Positions 37,394-46,783 of a stretch of 64,000 bases of DNA are shown piece after piece. This stretch comes from Candidatus Doudnabacteria bacterium (GTDB taxonomy: Bacteria > Patescibacteriota > Doudnabacteria > UBA920). The translations under genes were made by a program, and so were the position numbers. The notes beneath the pieces were generated by a model, which saw nothing but the letters and a program-made list of their open reading frames with translations, was not told the origin of the DNA and made no database searches. The stretch spans positions 29,407 to 93,406 of the forward strand of contig JAEUSF010000004.1 in assembly GCA_016788665.1 (NCBI GenBank), in the 5' to 3' direction. Position 1 is the first letter of the stretch. Each line of letters begins with the position of its first letter.

Positions 37394-38449
37394 ATGGAAA
37401 CAAAACCTCAAAAAAATACTACTACCCCTCTTGGCCTGCAAGTTCAGGAATTTTTGGAGTACTGCGAAATCGGCAAAAACCAAAGCCAAAATACTTTGTC
37501 CGCCTACGAGCGTTACTTAAGAAAATTTATACACTTCGGTGAAAGCATTGGTATAACCGTACCGGAAAAAATTGACCTTACCACAATAAAAAAGTACAGG
37601 CTATACTTAAACCGACTCGAAGACGAAAACGGCAAGCAACTTAAACTCATAACCCAAAACTACCACCTTATAGCTTTAAGAACGTTTTTAAAGTTCTTGC
37701 ACAAAAACGACGTTAAGACGCTCTCACCCGAAAAAATAGAACTACCAAAAAACCCCCAACGCCAAGTTGAGTTTTTGGAAAAAGAAGAACTCAAAAGACT
37801 CTTTGAAGCGGTCAAAGAGGAAAAGGAGGAGCTGGTAAGTTTGCGGGACACTGCCATACTTACTACCCTATTTTCAACCGGCTTACGCGTGAGCGAACTG
37901 GCTTCCCTAAAGCGCGAAGGCTTAAACTTGGACAGACGGGAATTTACCGTCAGGGGCAAAGGTGGAAAGCTAAGGCTTGTATTTCTAAGTGACGAAGCAG
38001 CCAACGCTATAAAAAACTACCTAAAAAAGCGAACCGATAATAATAAAGCTCTGTTTATGGGCCATTCAAAAATCGGACACGCTTCTTCTGAAAATAAAGA
38101 AACAAATAAAGAGCAAAAACGAATTGAAAAAGAAATAGAAAGCATGGGACAAGACACCGGTGAAAGAACCGGCAATACTGGCAGAAAAGCATACGGTCTG
38201 ACGGTCAGACAAATTCAAAGAATTATAAAAAAATATTGCATGTTGGCTGGTATTATTAAAAAAGTCACCCCTCACACGTTAAGACATTCATTTGCCACAG
38301 ATCTTTTACAAAATGGTGCCGATATCCGCTCTGTTCAAACCCTGCTAGGCCATTCCAGCATTACCACTACCCAAATTTATACCCATATAACAAACCAAGG
38401 TCTACGAGACATTCATAAGAAATTTCATAATGCCGACGACAAAAAATAG
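37394..38449 (+). CDS. Tyrosine site-specific recombinase (XerC/XerD/XerS-like) with a K/E-rich insertion
   Basis: N-terminal SAM-like core-binding domain. Catalytic region HTLRHSFATDLLQNGADIRSVQTLLGHSSITTTQIYTH with the R...HxxR...Y residues present; 351 aa. Confidence 0.85.
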   Translation: METKPQKNTTTPLGLQVQEFLEYCEIGKNQSQNTLSAYERYLRKFIHFGESIGITVPEKIDLTTIKKYRLYLNRLEDENGKQLKLITQNYHLIALRTFLKFLHKNDVKTLSPEKIELPKNPQRQVEFLEKEELKRLFEAVKEEKEELVSLRDTAILTTLFSTGLRVSELASLKREGLNLDRREFTVRGKGGKLRLVFLSDEAANAIKNYLKKRTDNNKALFMGHSKIGHASSENKETNKEQKRIEKEIESMGQDTGERTGNTGRKAYGLTVRQIQRIIKKYCMLAGIIKKVTPHTLRHSFATDLLQNGADIRSVQTLLGHSSITTTQIYTHITNQGLRDIHKKFHNADDKK

Positions 38450-38549
38450 ACCAATTATAAAACCCGTACCATTTCCTAGTACGGGTTTTATGTATTACCG
38501 TTAAACATCTGTTTCTGTTAGTATTAATTGTTAATTATTCTGTTGTCGC

Positions 38550-38735
38550 CTATACATACCACTTGTATTCACTCATAGTACGCATAGCTTCTTCCAGGTT
38601 AACCTGATATTCCCTCTGCGTATCCTTACTATAAATTGTCAAAGGAACCTCGCAATAAGGGCAGACTCCTGCCTTTTCCCTCCCAAAACCACAAGTATCG
38701 CACATAAACATGTAGAGGCCGTTCATTTTATTCAC
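38550..38735 (-). CDS. Small zinc-ribbon protein (61 aa)
   Basis: CDTCGF...CPYCEV gives two CxxC pairs. Confidence 0.3.
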   Translation of the reverse strand: MNKMNGLYMFMCDTCGFGREKAGVCPYCEVPLTIYSKDTQREYQVNLEEAMRTMSEYKWYV

Positions 38736-38980
38736 CTCCCCTCGTGAAATTAATGGTTTCTAAGTTTGTCTCCTTTCTTTTAAATTATTTGTCTCCTACT
38801 TATGGTTTATTCCTATTTTTACACATTGTCAAGTCCGTAGAATAATTAACTTATTTAAGTACCACAAAAAAATAATAAAGCTTGTTTACACGGTTGCTAA
38901 TTTGCAGAATACTTGAATTTTTTTGGTATTTTTGGTATAGTTTATGAGAAATTTAAAATCCGTCCTCCCGACTATGGCAT

Positions 38981-39057
38981 GGTCTCGTAGCTCAGCTGGA
39001 TAGAGCGCAAGCTTGCGGAGCTTGAGGTCGCAGGTTCGACTCCTGCCGAGATCACCA
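38981..39057 (+). tRNA. tRNA-Arg, apparent anticodon GCG
   Basis: Hand-folded: acceptor GGTCTCG/CGAGATC (G2:U71), Arg-like D-arm TAGCTCAGCTGGATAGAGC, anticodon stem CAAGC/GCTTG with loop TTGCGGA, T-arm GCAGG-TTCGACT-CCTGC, CCA encoded. Confidence 0.75.
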
Positions 39058-39122
39058 TAGTTGGACGGATGGCTAGTTTTTCCCCTTCACACATCAGGCA
39101 TATATATAACAAGCCTGTAAAC

Positions 39123-39197
39123 GGCCTCGTAGCTCAATGGATAGAGCAGTGCTCTTCTAAGGCATTGATGTTGGTTCGATTCCAACCGAGGCCACCA
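39123..39197 (+). tRNA. tRNA-Arg (anticodon TCT)
   Basis: Hand-folded: acceptor GGCCTCG/CGAGGCC, D-arm AGCTCAATGGATAGAGC, anticodon loop CTTCTAA, T-arm GTTGG-TTCGATT-CCAAC, CCA encoded. Confidence 0.8.
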
Positions 39198-39340
39198 CTT
39201 CTTCGCCAAGGCTTCGCAGTGCAAGCATTATTCTTGCACAACCCTACCTTGTCGATGAAATTGTAAAATTCAATACATGCGAAGAAGTGTCCTACGAAGC
39301 TTTAGCGAAGTAGGACATTTGCATTATAATAAATACACAT

Positions 39341-40027
39341 ATGCAAGAACGAATTCAAAAATTTTTAAGTTCCGCCGGATTAGCCAGCCGCAGAAAAGCG
39401 GAAGAGTTTATTAAGTCCGGGCAAGTTACAGTGAACGGTAAAAAAGCTAAACTAGGAGATAAAATAGATCCTTCAAAAGACAGCGTAAAAGTATACGGCA
39501 AAGCGGTTAAACCTGCTGAAGAAAAAATTTATCTCATGCTCAACAAACCCAAAGGCTACATGGTAAGCAAAAGCGATCCGCGCGGCAGAAAAACTGTATT
39601 TAGCCTTTTACCTGAAGAATTAAGAAATAAGCTGTGGAATGTAGGCCGACTAGACTTTGCAACAGAAGGACTTTTAATCATGACTAACGACGGCGACTTA
39701 ACCCAAGAACTTTCTCACCCTAAATACGAGCACGAGAAAGAATATGAGGTAGAAACCTACGAACAACCAAACGAATCCCAACTCGAGCACTTAAGGCACG
39801 GAGTAGAAATTCCAACCGGCCTAACCAGCGAAGCGCAGGTTAAACTTAAAAACAACAAAGTTTATATTACGTTGCATGAAGGCAAAAAACGTCAAATCCG
39901 AAGAATGTTTGACGCAGTAGGGCTAAGCGTAACTGCCTTAAGACGCATACGAATGAACAAATTAAAACTCCCCCCAGATTTACCGCCAGGGCAGTTTAGA
40001 ATGGTTTCAAAAGAAAGTATACTTTAA
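39341..40027 (+). CDS. S4-domain pseudouridine synthase (RsuA/RluB family)
   Basis: N-terminal S4 domain RIQKFLSSAGLASRRKAEEFIKSG; catalytic region GRLDFATEGLLIMTNDGDL; 228 aa. Confidence 0.85.
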   Translation: MQERIQKFLSSAGLASRRKAEEFIKSGQVTVNGKKAKLGDKIDPSKDSVKVYGKAVKPAEEKIYLMLNKPKGYMVSKSDPRGRKTVFSLLPEELRNKLWNVGRLDFATEGLLIMTNDGDLTQELSHPKYEHEKEYEVETYEQPNESQLEHLRHGVEIPTGLTSEAQVKLKNNKVYITLHEGKKRQIRRMFDAVGLSVTALRRIRMNKLKLPPDLPPGQFRMVSKESIL

Positions 40028-40099
40028 TTAGTTTGTCACATTTGTTGTACTAAAATAAAGATTATACGCACAACTATAAATATTTTAGTCACGCGACAA

Positions 40100-40870
40100 A
40101 TGCGATACAAACTCATGTTCTTAATAATTCTAATAATCTTAACTAGCTCAATATTGGGCTGGTTTGCCTATGTACAAAACTATTCCAAACCCATAGAGAC
40201 AGCTTATAACAGCCAAGACCATGTCCTAATTGCACCACCCGAACAAAACCCCACCCCCAAAGCCCAAATACAAGCCGCAGAAATTTTACCCAAAGTCTTT
40301 TTAAACAAAGCGCCGTTTACTGTTCAGGCTCCGACTGCCAACTGGAATGACAAAATGTACGCCGAAGGCTGCGAAGAAGCTAGTATGCTTATGGCCGCAG
40401 AATACTTTTCAGGCAACACCGAAAGTATGCTTAATACCAGCTATGCGCTGGAGAAAATTAAAGAATTAGCGGAATGGGAACAAGAAAAATTTGGCTACCA
40501 CCTAGATATAAATGCCGAAAAAATGGCAATAACTTTAAAAGAATACTTAGGGCTTAATGCGGAGATAATCCACAGCATGACAGAAGATCACATGAAAAGT
40601 GAACTCTTAAAAAACCGCCTGATTATCTGGATAGTAAACGGGCAGGAACTAAATAACCCTAACTTTAGAACCCCCGGGCCACCTTTTCATGTCTTGCTTA
40701 TAAAAGGCTATGACAGCGAAGGTTTTGTAACCAACGATCCTGGAACCAGAAAGGGCATGAACTATCCATACACTTACGAAACGCTTTTTAACGCCGGAGG
40801 CGACTGGGACCATACCATAAACGCTGTAAACAAAGGCAGTAAAACCGCAATTGTGGTATGGAAAAATTAG
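40100..40870 (+). CDS. Secreted or membrane-anchored C39-like (papain-fold) peptidase domain protein
   Basis: N-terminal TM or signal sequence; candidate catalytic Cys in AEGCEEASMLMAAEYF with His and Asp downstream (WIVNGQ..FHVLLIKGYD). Confidence 0.45.
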   Translation: MRYKLMFLIILIILTSSILGWFAYVQNYSKPIETAYNSQDHVLIAPPEQNPTPKAQIQAAEILPKVFLNKAPFTVQAPTANWNDKMYAEGCEEASMLMAAEYFSGNTESMLNTSYALEKIKELAEWEQEKFGYHLDINAEKMAITLKEYLGLNAEIIHSMTEDHMKSELLKNRLIIWIVNGQELNNPNFRTPGPPFHVLLIKGYDSEGFVTNDPGTRKGMNYPYTYETLFNAGGDWDHTINAVNKGSKTAIVVWKN

Positions 40871-40895
40871 TGCAAAATAAAAAAGCCCAAGCGCA

Positions 40896-41180
40896 TTAAC
40901 GTTTTGGACTATTGATCGAACGGACATTGGTGGACAGTGCTTGCATACGATTACCCGCATCGACAAGCCGCTCCAACTCGGCAGTGTGATCATTGACGAT
41001 TCTGCCATCTGGCAGCTTCACAATGACGAAAGCCCCTCGACTATCGCGTTGTGCCGGGCGGGCACCGGCAAGTTTTGCATCACCCGCCTGACGCTGGTAA
41101 TCTACAAAGGTAACCATGCAGCCATCAAGCCTTATGAGTCTTTCACCTTTCTGAAGGGTGAAACATGTTTGAAATTCCAT
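40896..41180 (-). CDS. Hypothetical protein (94 aa), GC-rich
   Basis: AGGAGGAG Shine-Dalgarno 5 nt upstream of the ATG; preferred over the overlapping plus-strand ORF, which lacks an RBS. Confidence 0.35.
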   Translation of the reverse strand: MEFQTCFTLQKGERLIRLDGCMVTFVDYQRQAGDAKLAGARPAQRDSRGAFVIVKLPDGRIVNDHTAELERLVDAGNRMQALSTNVRSINSPKR

Positions 41181-41240
41181 TGCGCTCCTCCTAGCTAAAG
41201 GATAGTATCATACTTACGAACTTTATTCAACGCCATGTTT

Positions 41241-41285
41241 AAATTTTCAAACAACCAAAGGTCATATTTGCGCTACGCAAAGATG
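41241..41285. terminator. 45-nt near-perfect palindrome (14-bp outer stem plus 6-bp inner stem), likely bidirectional terminator downstream of the ABC exporter
   Basis: CAACCAAAGGTCAT-a-TTTGCG-cta-CGCAAA-g-ATGACCTTTGGTTG flanked by AT-rich runs. Confidence 0.5.
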
Positions 41286-41346
41286 ACCTTTGGTTGTTTA
41301 ATACTTTATAAAATTTTACATTTTAAATTTTTAATTTTGCTTTCCC

Positions 41347-43086
41347 CTACCTTTCTCCAATCTGCTGTCTCCACATAGCAAAATACAGACCCTTTAGGGC
41401 AAGCAAGTCCTCGTGCCTGCCATGCTCAACAACCTGGCCCTTTTCTAAAACATAAATTTTATCGGCGTGCATTATAGTCGACAACCTATGGGCAATAAGC
41501 ACGGTAATTTGGTGGCTGTTTTTACTTAGCTCTTTTATAGTTGAAGTAATTTGTTCTTCGGTTAAAGAGTCCAATGCAGAAGTAGCTTCGTCAAACACCA
41601 AAAGCTTAGGGTTTCTTAAAAGTGCTCGCGCAATAGAAAGCCTTTGTTTTTCCCCACCCGAAACCTTAACCCCACCTTCGCCTATTACAGTCTCCAAACC
41701 CCTGTCAGCTCTCTGCATAAGACTGTCGGCAGAAGATTTTTTCAGCACATCCCAAAGCTCTGAGTCTGAACTTCCAGGCTTGGCAAATTTTAAATTTTCA
41801 CCAATTGTACCGGCGAAAAGCTGCGTATCTTGTGTCACCAACCCTATTTGGCTCCTTAAGGTTTCCAAATCTGCCTCTTCCATTTTTATACCGTTATAAA
41901 AAACCACGCCGTCATTTGGCCTGTACAAGCCCACCAAAAGTTTAACCAAAGTCGTCTTACCGCTACCCGAAGGCCCCACAAAAGCCACGGTCTCCCCTGC
42001 TTTAGCCGCAAAACTTACACCATCTAAAGCCGGGCGATTACCCGTCTGATGTTTAAAAACAACTTTCTCAAATTCAATCTGCTTTAACACACCAACCTCT
42101 TTAGCACTCACAGGCTTTGGTTCTTTAGGAGTATTCAGTATTTCTTTATAATTTTCCAAAGATGTCTGCGCTTCCCTATATGCATTGACCACATTACCCA
42201 ATTCCTGCAAAGGATTAAACAAAAAGAAAGAATAAATCCACAAAGAAAAGAATTCGCCCAAAGTTAACTCGCGGCTAAAAACCAAATACACCATTACAAA
42301 CAAAATTATTGTCCGCAAAAAATTTACCGCTGTACCCTGAATAAAACTTAATGTTCGCAAATACTTAACCTTTTCCAATTCCAGCTTAAGTATTTCTCCC
42401 GTGGTACGGTTAAGCCGGTTTATTTCTGAGTCGGACAAACCCAAAGACTTTACCAATTCTATATTACGCAGGCTTTCCGTAGTCGAACCAGCCAAAGCAT
42501 TGGTCTGCGAAACTATTTTTGCCTGCACAATCTTTATTTTTTTACTCAGCACTGCCGACAAAATGCCCAAAATAGGCACTATGGCTAAATACACAGCAGC
42601 AATAATCCAGCTGACTAAAAAAGCATAAATAACAACAAAAACAAACCCTATGAGTGTAAAAAATAAAACATTTACAAAAGCTGTAATAAGCTTTTCTACA
42701 TCTGTTCGTACTCTCTGAAGCTTTTCTAACGTTTCACCGCTCCTTTGGTCTTCGAATACTTGGTATGGTAACTGTAGTGAATGCGCCAATCCGTCCGTAT
42801 ACATTTTTGCGCCCAGCTTTTGAGTAACTGTATTAACAAAATAATCCTGAAAGTTTTTGGCCACTCGCGAAACAAAAGCCGTACCCATAGACAACAAAAG
42901 CAAAAAACCAACCCCCCTGAAAAAATCACTGCGGCTTAACTCTTCAAATTTCGTAACATAATTATCAAGAACCAACCGGAATAAATATGGGTCAATAAGT
43001 GAGAAAATCTGGTTTATGGCCGCTAAAAACAAAGCTAAGGCCAAAATTTTCCAAAACGGTTTTATGTATTTGAATAAAATTTGCAT
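41347..43086 (-). CDS. ABC transporter, fused permease/ATPase (MsbA-like exporter)
   Basis: Six TM helices; Walker A GPSGSGKTT, signature VSGGEKQRLSIARAL, Walker B LLVFDEATSALD; 579 aa. Confidence 0.9.
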   Translation of the reverse strand: MQILFKYIKPFWKILALALFLAAINQIFSLIDPYLFRLVLDNYVTKFEELSRSDFFRGVGFLLLLSMGTAFVSRVAKNFQDYFVNTVTQKLGAKMYTDGLAHSLQLPYQVFEDQRSGETLEKLQRVRTDVEKLITAFVNVLFFTLIGFVFVVIYAFLVSWIIAAVYLAIVPILGILSAVLSKKIKIVQAKIVSQTNALAGSTTESLRNIELVKSLGLSDSEINRLNRTTGEILKLELEKVKYLRTLSFIQGTAVNFLRTIILFVMVYLVFSRELTLGEFFSLWIYSFFLFNPLQELGNVVNAYREAQTSLENYKEILNTPKEPKPVSAKEVGVLKQIEFEKVVFKHQTGNRPALDGVSFAAKAGETVAFVGPSGSGKTTLVKLLVGLYRPNDGVVFYNGIKMEEADLETLRSQIGLVTQDTQLFAGTIGENLKFAKPGSSDSELWDVLKKSSADSLMQRADRGLETVIGEGGVKVSGGEKQRLSIARALLRNPKLLVFDEATSALDSLTEEQITSTIKELSKNSHQITVLIAHRLSTIMHADKIYVLEKGQVVEHGRHEDLLALKGLYFAMWRQQIGER

Positions 43087-43114
43087 AAGTTATAATGCGT
43101 AATAAATATTAAAG

Positions 43115-44392
43115 CTAGCTTAACACCGACATTGCCACAGCCGCAACCCCACACACAGCTATAACCACTGTTGAAGCCACAGCAAAAATATTTTGTCCGC
43201 GACTGTTTACATACTTACCCATTAATTCTTTGTCATTTAATATTTTAATTAAGAAATAGAAAAACAGCGGCAAAAGTATACCGTTTAACGACTGAGTATA
43301 TAGTACTATTTTAAAAAGAGGGAAAAAAGGCGTCAGCACACAAAACGCCGCACCTATAAGATTTATTAAAAATAAAGAATAGAAGATTGGCCCCCGCTTA
43401 AACGGTTCATCTAAAGACCCGGTAAAACCAAAAAACTCAGTAAATGCATACGCTGATGTTAAACTCACTATTACAATACCAATTAAGGCGGCATTTATAA
43501 GCCCCAAGGCAAAAAGAAAACTAGCCAAGGAACCCGCAAAAGGCCTAATTGCAATAGCAGCCTGCTCTCCCGACTCCAGAGGCATACCAAAGGCATACAA
43601 AGTAGCAGCTGTGGCTGCAATGATAAAGAAAGTAAAGAAGTTTGAAATAAAAGCTCCCAAATATGATTCAAGCTTAGCATAAGACAAACGAGAAACCGGT
43701 ACATTTTTATCTTTCATATAGCTCTGAATAAAAAACTGCCCCCAAGGTGTTATGGTGGTTCCAAGCACTGCAACCGCTATTATAAGATAATTTGGGCTAA
43801 AAATATTTGAAGGCGGTATAAACAAAGACTGCACAGCCACTGTCCAATCGGGGTGAATTTTATAAGCCGAAAATACATAGGCTAAATAAAATACAATTCC
43901 TGTTAAAAATATCTTTTGGCTTTTTTCGTACCTTGTAAAGGTAACCAAACTAAAGCAGAACAAAATTGTAACAACCAAAAATGCCGTCGGCGGTATATTG
44001 AGCATTGCCCCCGCAGTCTTTAGTGCCGCAAAATTCGTTAGCAAAGTACCAAAGTTAGCAACTAAAAGGGCCGCGAAAGCAAAAAAAGCCACCTTAATAC
44101 CAAACCTTTCTCTAATAATATCGCCAAGGCCCTTGCCTGTCACGATTGCAGCTCTTGAACCCATCTCCTGGCTAATACCGTAAAGAATGGTCAATATTGG
44201 GAGCAAAAAAAGCGCGCCGTATCCCAAGTGTGCGCCCGCATATGAATAAGTTATAACCCCAGCCCCATCGTTCCCCGCCATGGTAGTAATCACCGAAGGA
44301 CCCAAAACCGCCAAAAACAAAAAAATATGCCGCCTGTAGCGGGTAAGAGGGTTTTGGTTATTTTCTTTCATCTCCACTGTCTGTTCTGCCAT
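43115..44392 (-). CDS. mntH: Nramp-family divalent metal transporter (MntH-like)
   Basis: GPSVITTMAGNDGAGVITYSYAGA resembles the Nramp DPGN/MPxH region; 11 TM; 425 aa. Confidence 0.75.
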   Translation of the reverse strand: MAEQTVEMKENNQNPLTRYRRHIFLFLAVLGPSVITTMAGNDGAGVITYSYAGAHLGYGALFLLPILTILYGISQEMGSRAAIVTGKGLGDIIRERFGIKVAFFAFAALLVANFGTLLTNFAALKTAGAMLNIPPTAFLVVTILFCFSLVTFTRYEKSQKIFLTGIVFYLAYVFSAYKIHPDWTVAVQSLFIPPSNIFSPNYLIIAVAVLGTTITPWGQFFIQSYMKDKNVPVSRLSYAKLESYLGAFISNFFTFFIIAATAATLYAFGMPLESGEQAAIAIRPFAGSLASFLFALGLINAALIGIVIVSLTSAYAFTEFFGFTGSLDEPFKRGPIFYSLFLINLIGAAFCVLTPFFPLFKIVLYTQSLNGILLPLFFYFLIKILNDKELMGKYVNSRGQNIFAVASTVVIAVCGVAAVAMSVLS

Positions 44393-44401
44393 TTTTATAT
44401 A

Positions 44402-45616
44402 TTAAGCATGAGGAAATAATTGCCTAAGTACGTCGTCTATAGTAACCACGCCTAAAAGCTTCTTGTTTTTGTCTAGCACCGCAGCCGCATTTAGGTTATA
44501 CCTTGTCATAAGTTTAATAATTTTCTTAAGCTTATCTGTAGCTTTTAAACTCCCTGTGTTCACGGACTTGCTTAAATTTTTTACTATATCGTCAGGCTTC
44601 GCAAGCAGTATGCGCCTCAAAGAAACCACCCCGTGGAATTTACCATCTTCAGAAGTTACATATACATATACCAAAGACCGTAATCCGGGTGATGCTTTTT
44701 TTACCTCTTCCACAACCTGCTCCACCTTCCAATCAGGTCTGGCGCTTACAAAGTCAGGAGTCATAAGCCCACCTGCAGTATTGTTGGCGTACTTTAAAAG
44801 CTTCTGAACTCGCTGAACCTTATTACCACTTACCTTAGACAAAAACCTGCCCGCGTCTTCACTGGAAAATGTTTTAATTAAGTCCACTACTTCGTCACTA
44901 GACATTTGACTTAAAATTTTACCAGCTTTCTCCGGGCCCAAATATTTTACCAGCAAATTTTGTAAATGAGGCTCGACTTCTTCCAGCACCTTTGCAGCCT
45001 GAGAATCGCCCAAGGAAGTCAGAAGAGTTGAACCTTGTTTAACATCCAGTTCTTCTACTATATTTGCCAAGTCTGCCGGATGCAACCTTCTCATCTCTTC
45101 CGACAAAGTCTTTAGCTTTAAAGGACCGCTATCCAAAAGCTGTGCCTGCCTCCAATCTATAAGCGAGGGTTTAATCCAACGCGTAAAAATATTGTCACTA
45201 AAATCCATTCGCCTTAAAAAGCCTTTAAAACTTGCATCTATAGCTAGAACACACATTCTGCTTTTAAAATCCCCTATCCTCAAATCGTTGACCCTTACAA
45301 GCCGGGTGCCGGTAATGTCTACAATCTGCCTGTCCAGCACCTCTTTCTTAAGAGGAATAAAGTGTCTGTTGTCAGGCAAATTCTCAAAGGAAATTTTTGA
45401 AAACGAGCTTTTTAAGGAAATTTCTTTGCTGGTAAAATTTTCAACGTATTCATAAGGCACATATAAAATTTTCTTTTCGTACGTTAACACAGCTAAAAAC
45501 TCCAAAGGCGCAAAAAAACCTTCTTTCAAACTTATTAAAACATCGTCAAGCCTTCCCACCACATTGTCGGAACTGTCCGTAACGGTGTTGTTTAACAGTT
45601 GGCTAATATATGGCAT
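44402..45616 (-). CDS. Soluble MgtE_N-like plus tandem CBS domain protein (no TM domain)
   Basis: The helical region (LHPADLANIVEELD...) resembles the MgtE N-domain. Two CBS motifs follow (GLMTPDFVSARPDWKV..., VVTIDDVLRQL). 404 aa with no hydrophobic segments. Confidence 0.55.
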   Translation of the reverse strand: MPYISQLLNNTVTDSSDNVVGRLDDVLISLKEGFFAPLEFLAVLTYEKKILYVPYEYVENFTSKEISLKSSFSKISFENLPDNRHFIPLKKEVLDRQIVDITGTRLVRVNDLRIGDFKSRMCVLAIDASFKGFLRRMDFSDNIFTRWIKPSLIDWRQAQLLDSGPLKLKTLSEEMRRLHPADLANIVEELDVKQGSTLLTSLGDSQAAKVLEEVEPHLQNLLVKYLGPEKAGKILSQMSSDEVVDLIKTFSSEDAGRFLSKVSGNKVQRVQKLLKYANNTAGGLMTPDFVSARPDWKVEQVVEEVKKASPGLRSLVYVYVTSEDGKFHGVVSLRRILLAKPDDIVKNLSKSVNTGSLKATDKLKKIIKLMTRYNLNAAAVLDKNKKLLGVVTIDDVLRQLFPHA

Positions 45617-45944
45617 AGAAAATAGCGTAAAAAGAAAAGCGAAAAATTTAAATTATATTATCTACTTCGCTCTACACTCTACGCATAAAAAAATTATACC
45701 ACTTTTATGAAAGATTGCACAAACAAAACACTATAAAACCCCTCTATTAAATACTCTCTAACTATAAAATTGAGTCTTTTTCGTGTTCACGTTATTTATA
45801 TGAAATGAAACCATTAAATCTTAAGCTGTAAAATAGAAGCTTAAACGGAACGGCCTTAAGGCCGATTCAATTTAAAAGAAAAACTAAGCAATACAAAACA
45901 AACCCGCGACAAAGTAATTTAACAGGCCAATGTTTTTTTTAAAA

Positions 45945-46277
45945 CTATTTCAAAATAGCCTTCCCAACCAAAGAAACAAGAGTAACTATAATGCTTCCAA
46001 AGAATGCCGGCCAAAAACCCACAACCTCAAAGCCTTTTACGAAGGTCGCCATTTTAAACAACAGCGTATTTATAACCAGCAAAAAGAAACCTAAAGTCAC
46101 CAAAGTCAAAGGCAAGGTAAGTATCCTTAATGGCCAACCTATCAAAATATTAAGTATAGACAGAACCAGAGCAACCAACAAAGCCGTACCGAAACCATTT
46201 ACATAAATTCCCGGTACTAAGTTAGCAGCCAGCATGACTCCAAAAGCATTTATAACAAGTCTCAAAATTATATTCAT
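45945..46277 (-). CDS. Phage-holin family 4 / DUF360-like small membrane protein
   Basis: 110 aa, 3-4 TM; NGFGTALLVALVLSILNILIGWPLRILTLPLTLVTLGFF pattern. Confidence 0.55.
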   Translation of the reverse strand: MNIILRLVINAFGVMLAANLVPGIYVNGFGTALLVALVLSILNILIGWPLRILTLPLTLVTLGFFLLVINTLLFKMATFVKGFEVVGFWPAFFGSIIVTLVSLVGKAILK

Positions 46278-46353
46278 ACATACAATATAGCAATAAATAA
46301 CTTATTTGCAAATAAAAAACATAACTGATAAATTGGCATAGAAAGGAGGTACC

Positions 46354-46668
46354 ATGCTTCAAAAAGGCACAAGGCTCATGTTCCGTACCGTGCAAGGAAA
46401 AAAAGAGCTGGTATCCTTGAGCGGTTCGTCAATTGAACTTACAGACGGCCAGCTTTTTGCGCTGAAAAACATCCCGACCAGACTACAAAGAGCTTGGAAT
46501 GTTGCAGCTACTCACGATATAGTCTACAAAAACGGCCAATTCAACTTCACAAATGGCACGATTGTGAAATCAGAACATATGCCGGAGTTCTTAGTCGCAG
46601 AATTTGTAGGCTGTGAACAACGCGACTACCCAACTAGCAACCAGCTGCCATCACAGCCGCCATGCTAG
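46354..46668 (+). CDS. Hypothetical protein (104 aa)
   Basis: GAAAGGAGGTACC Shine-Dalgarno immediately upstream of the ATG (same motif as csp); no family recognised. Confidence 0.4.
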   Translation: MLQKGTRLMFRTVQGKKELVSLSGSSIELTDGQLFALKNIPTRLQRAWNVAATHDIVYKNGQFNFTNGTIVKSEHMPEFLVAEFVGCEQRDYPTSNQLPSQPPC

Positions 46669-46783
46669 TATACCCGGTCTTCCTTGCCGAACTCTACAAC
46701 TTGTGTTCAAGTAACAAAACCAACACCCTTTTCAACCAAACTAGAAAGGAGGTCTTGGTTTTTTTTTATGATATTATTAGCAT

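Noticed and set aside
37394-39200. Integrase plus tRNA-Arg pair as a phage or ICE integration module
   Set aside because: The recombinase has the Xer-type N-terminal core-binding domain and no adjacent phage, excisionase or cargo genes. The downstream genes are housekeeping (pseudouridine synthase), and tRNA-Arg(GCG) shows no partial duplication downstream of itself in the window (not checked for tRNA-Arg(TCT)). Treated as chromosomal Xer.
40941-41198. 85-aa plus-strand ORF
   Set aside because: No Shine-Dalgarno, whereas the overlapping minus-strand ORF 40896-41180 has AGGAGGAG 5 nt upstream of its ATG.
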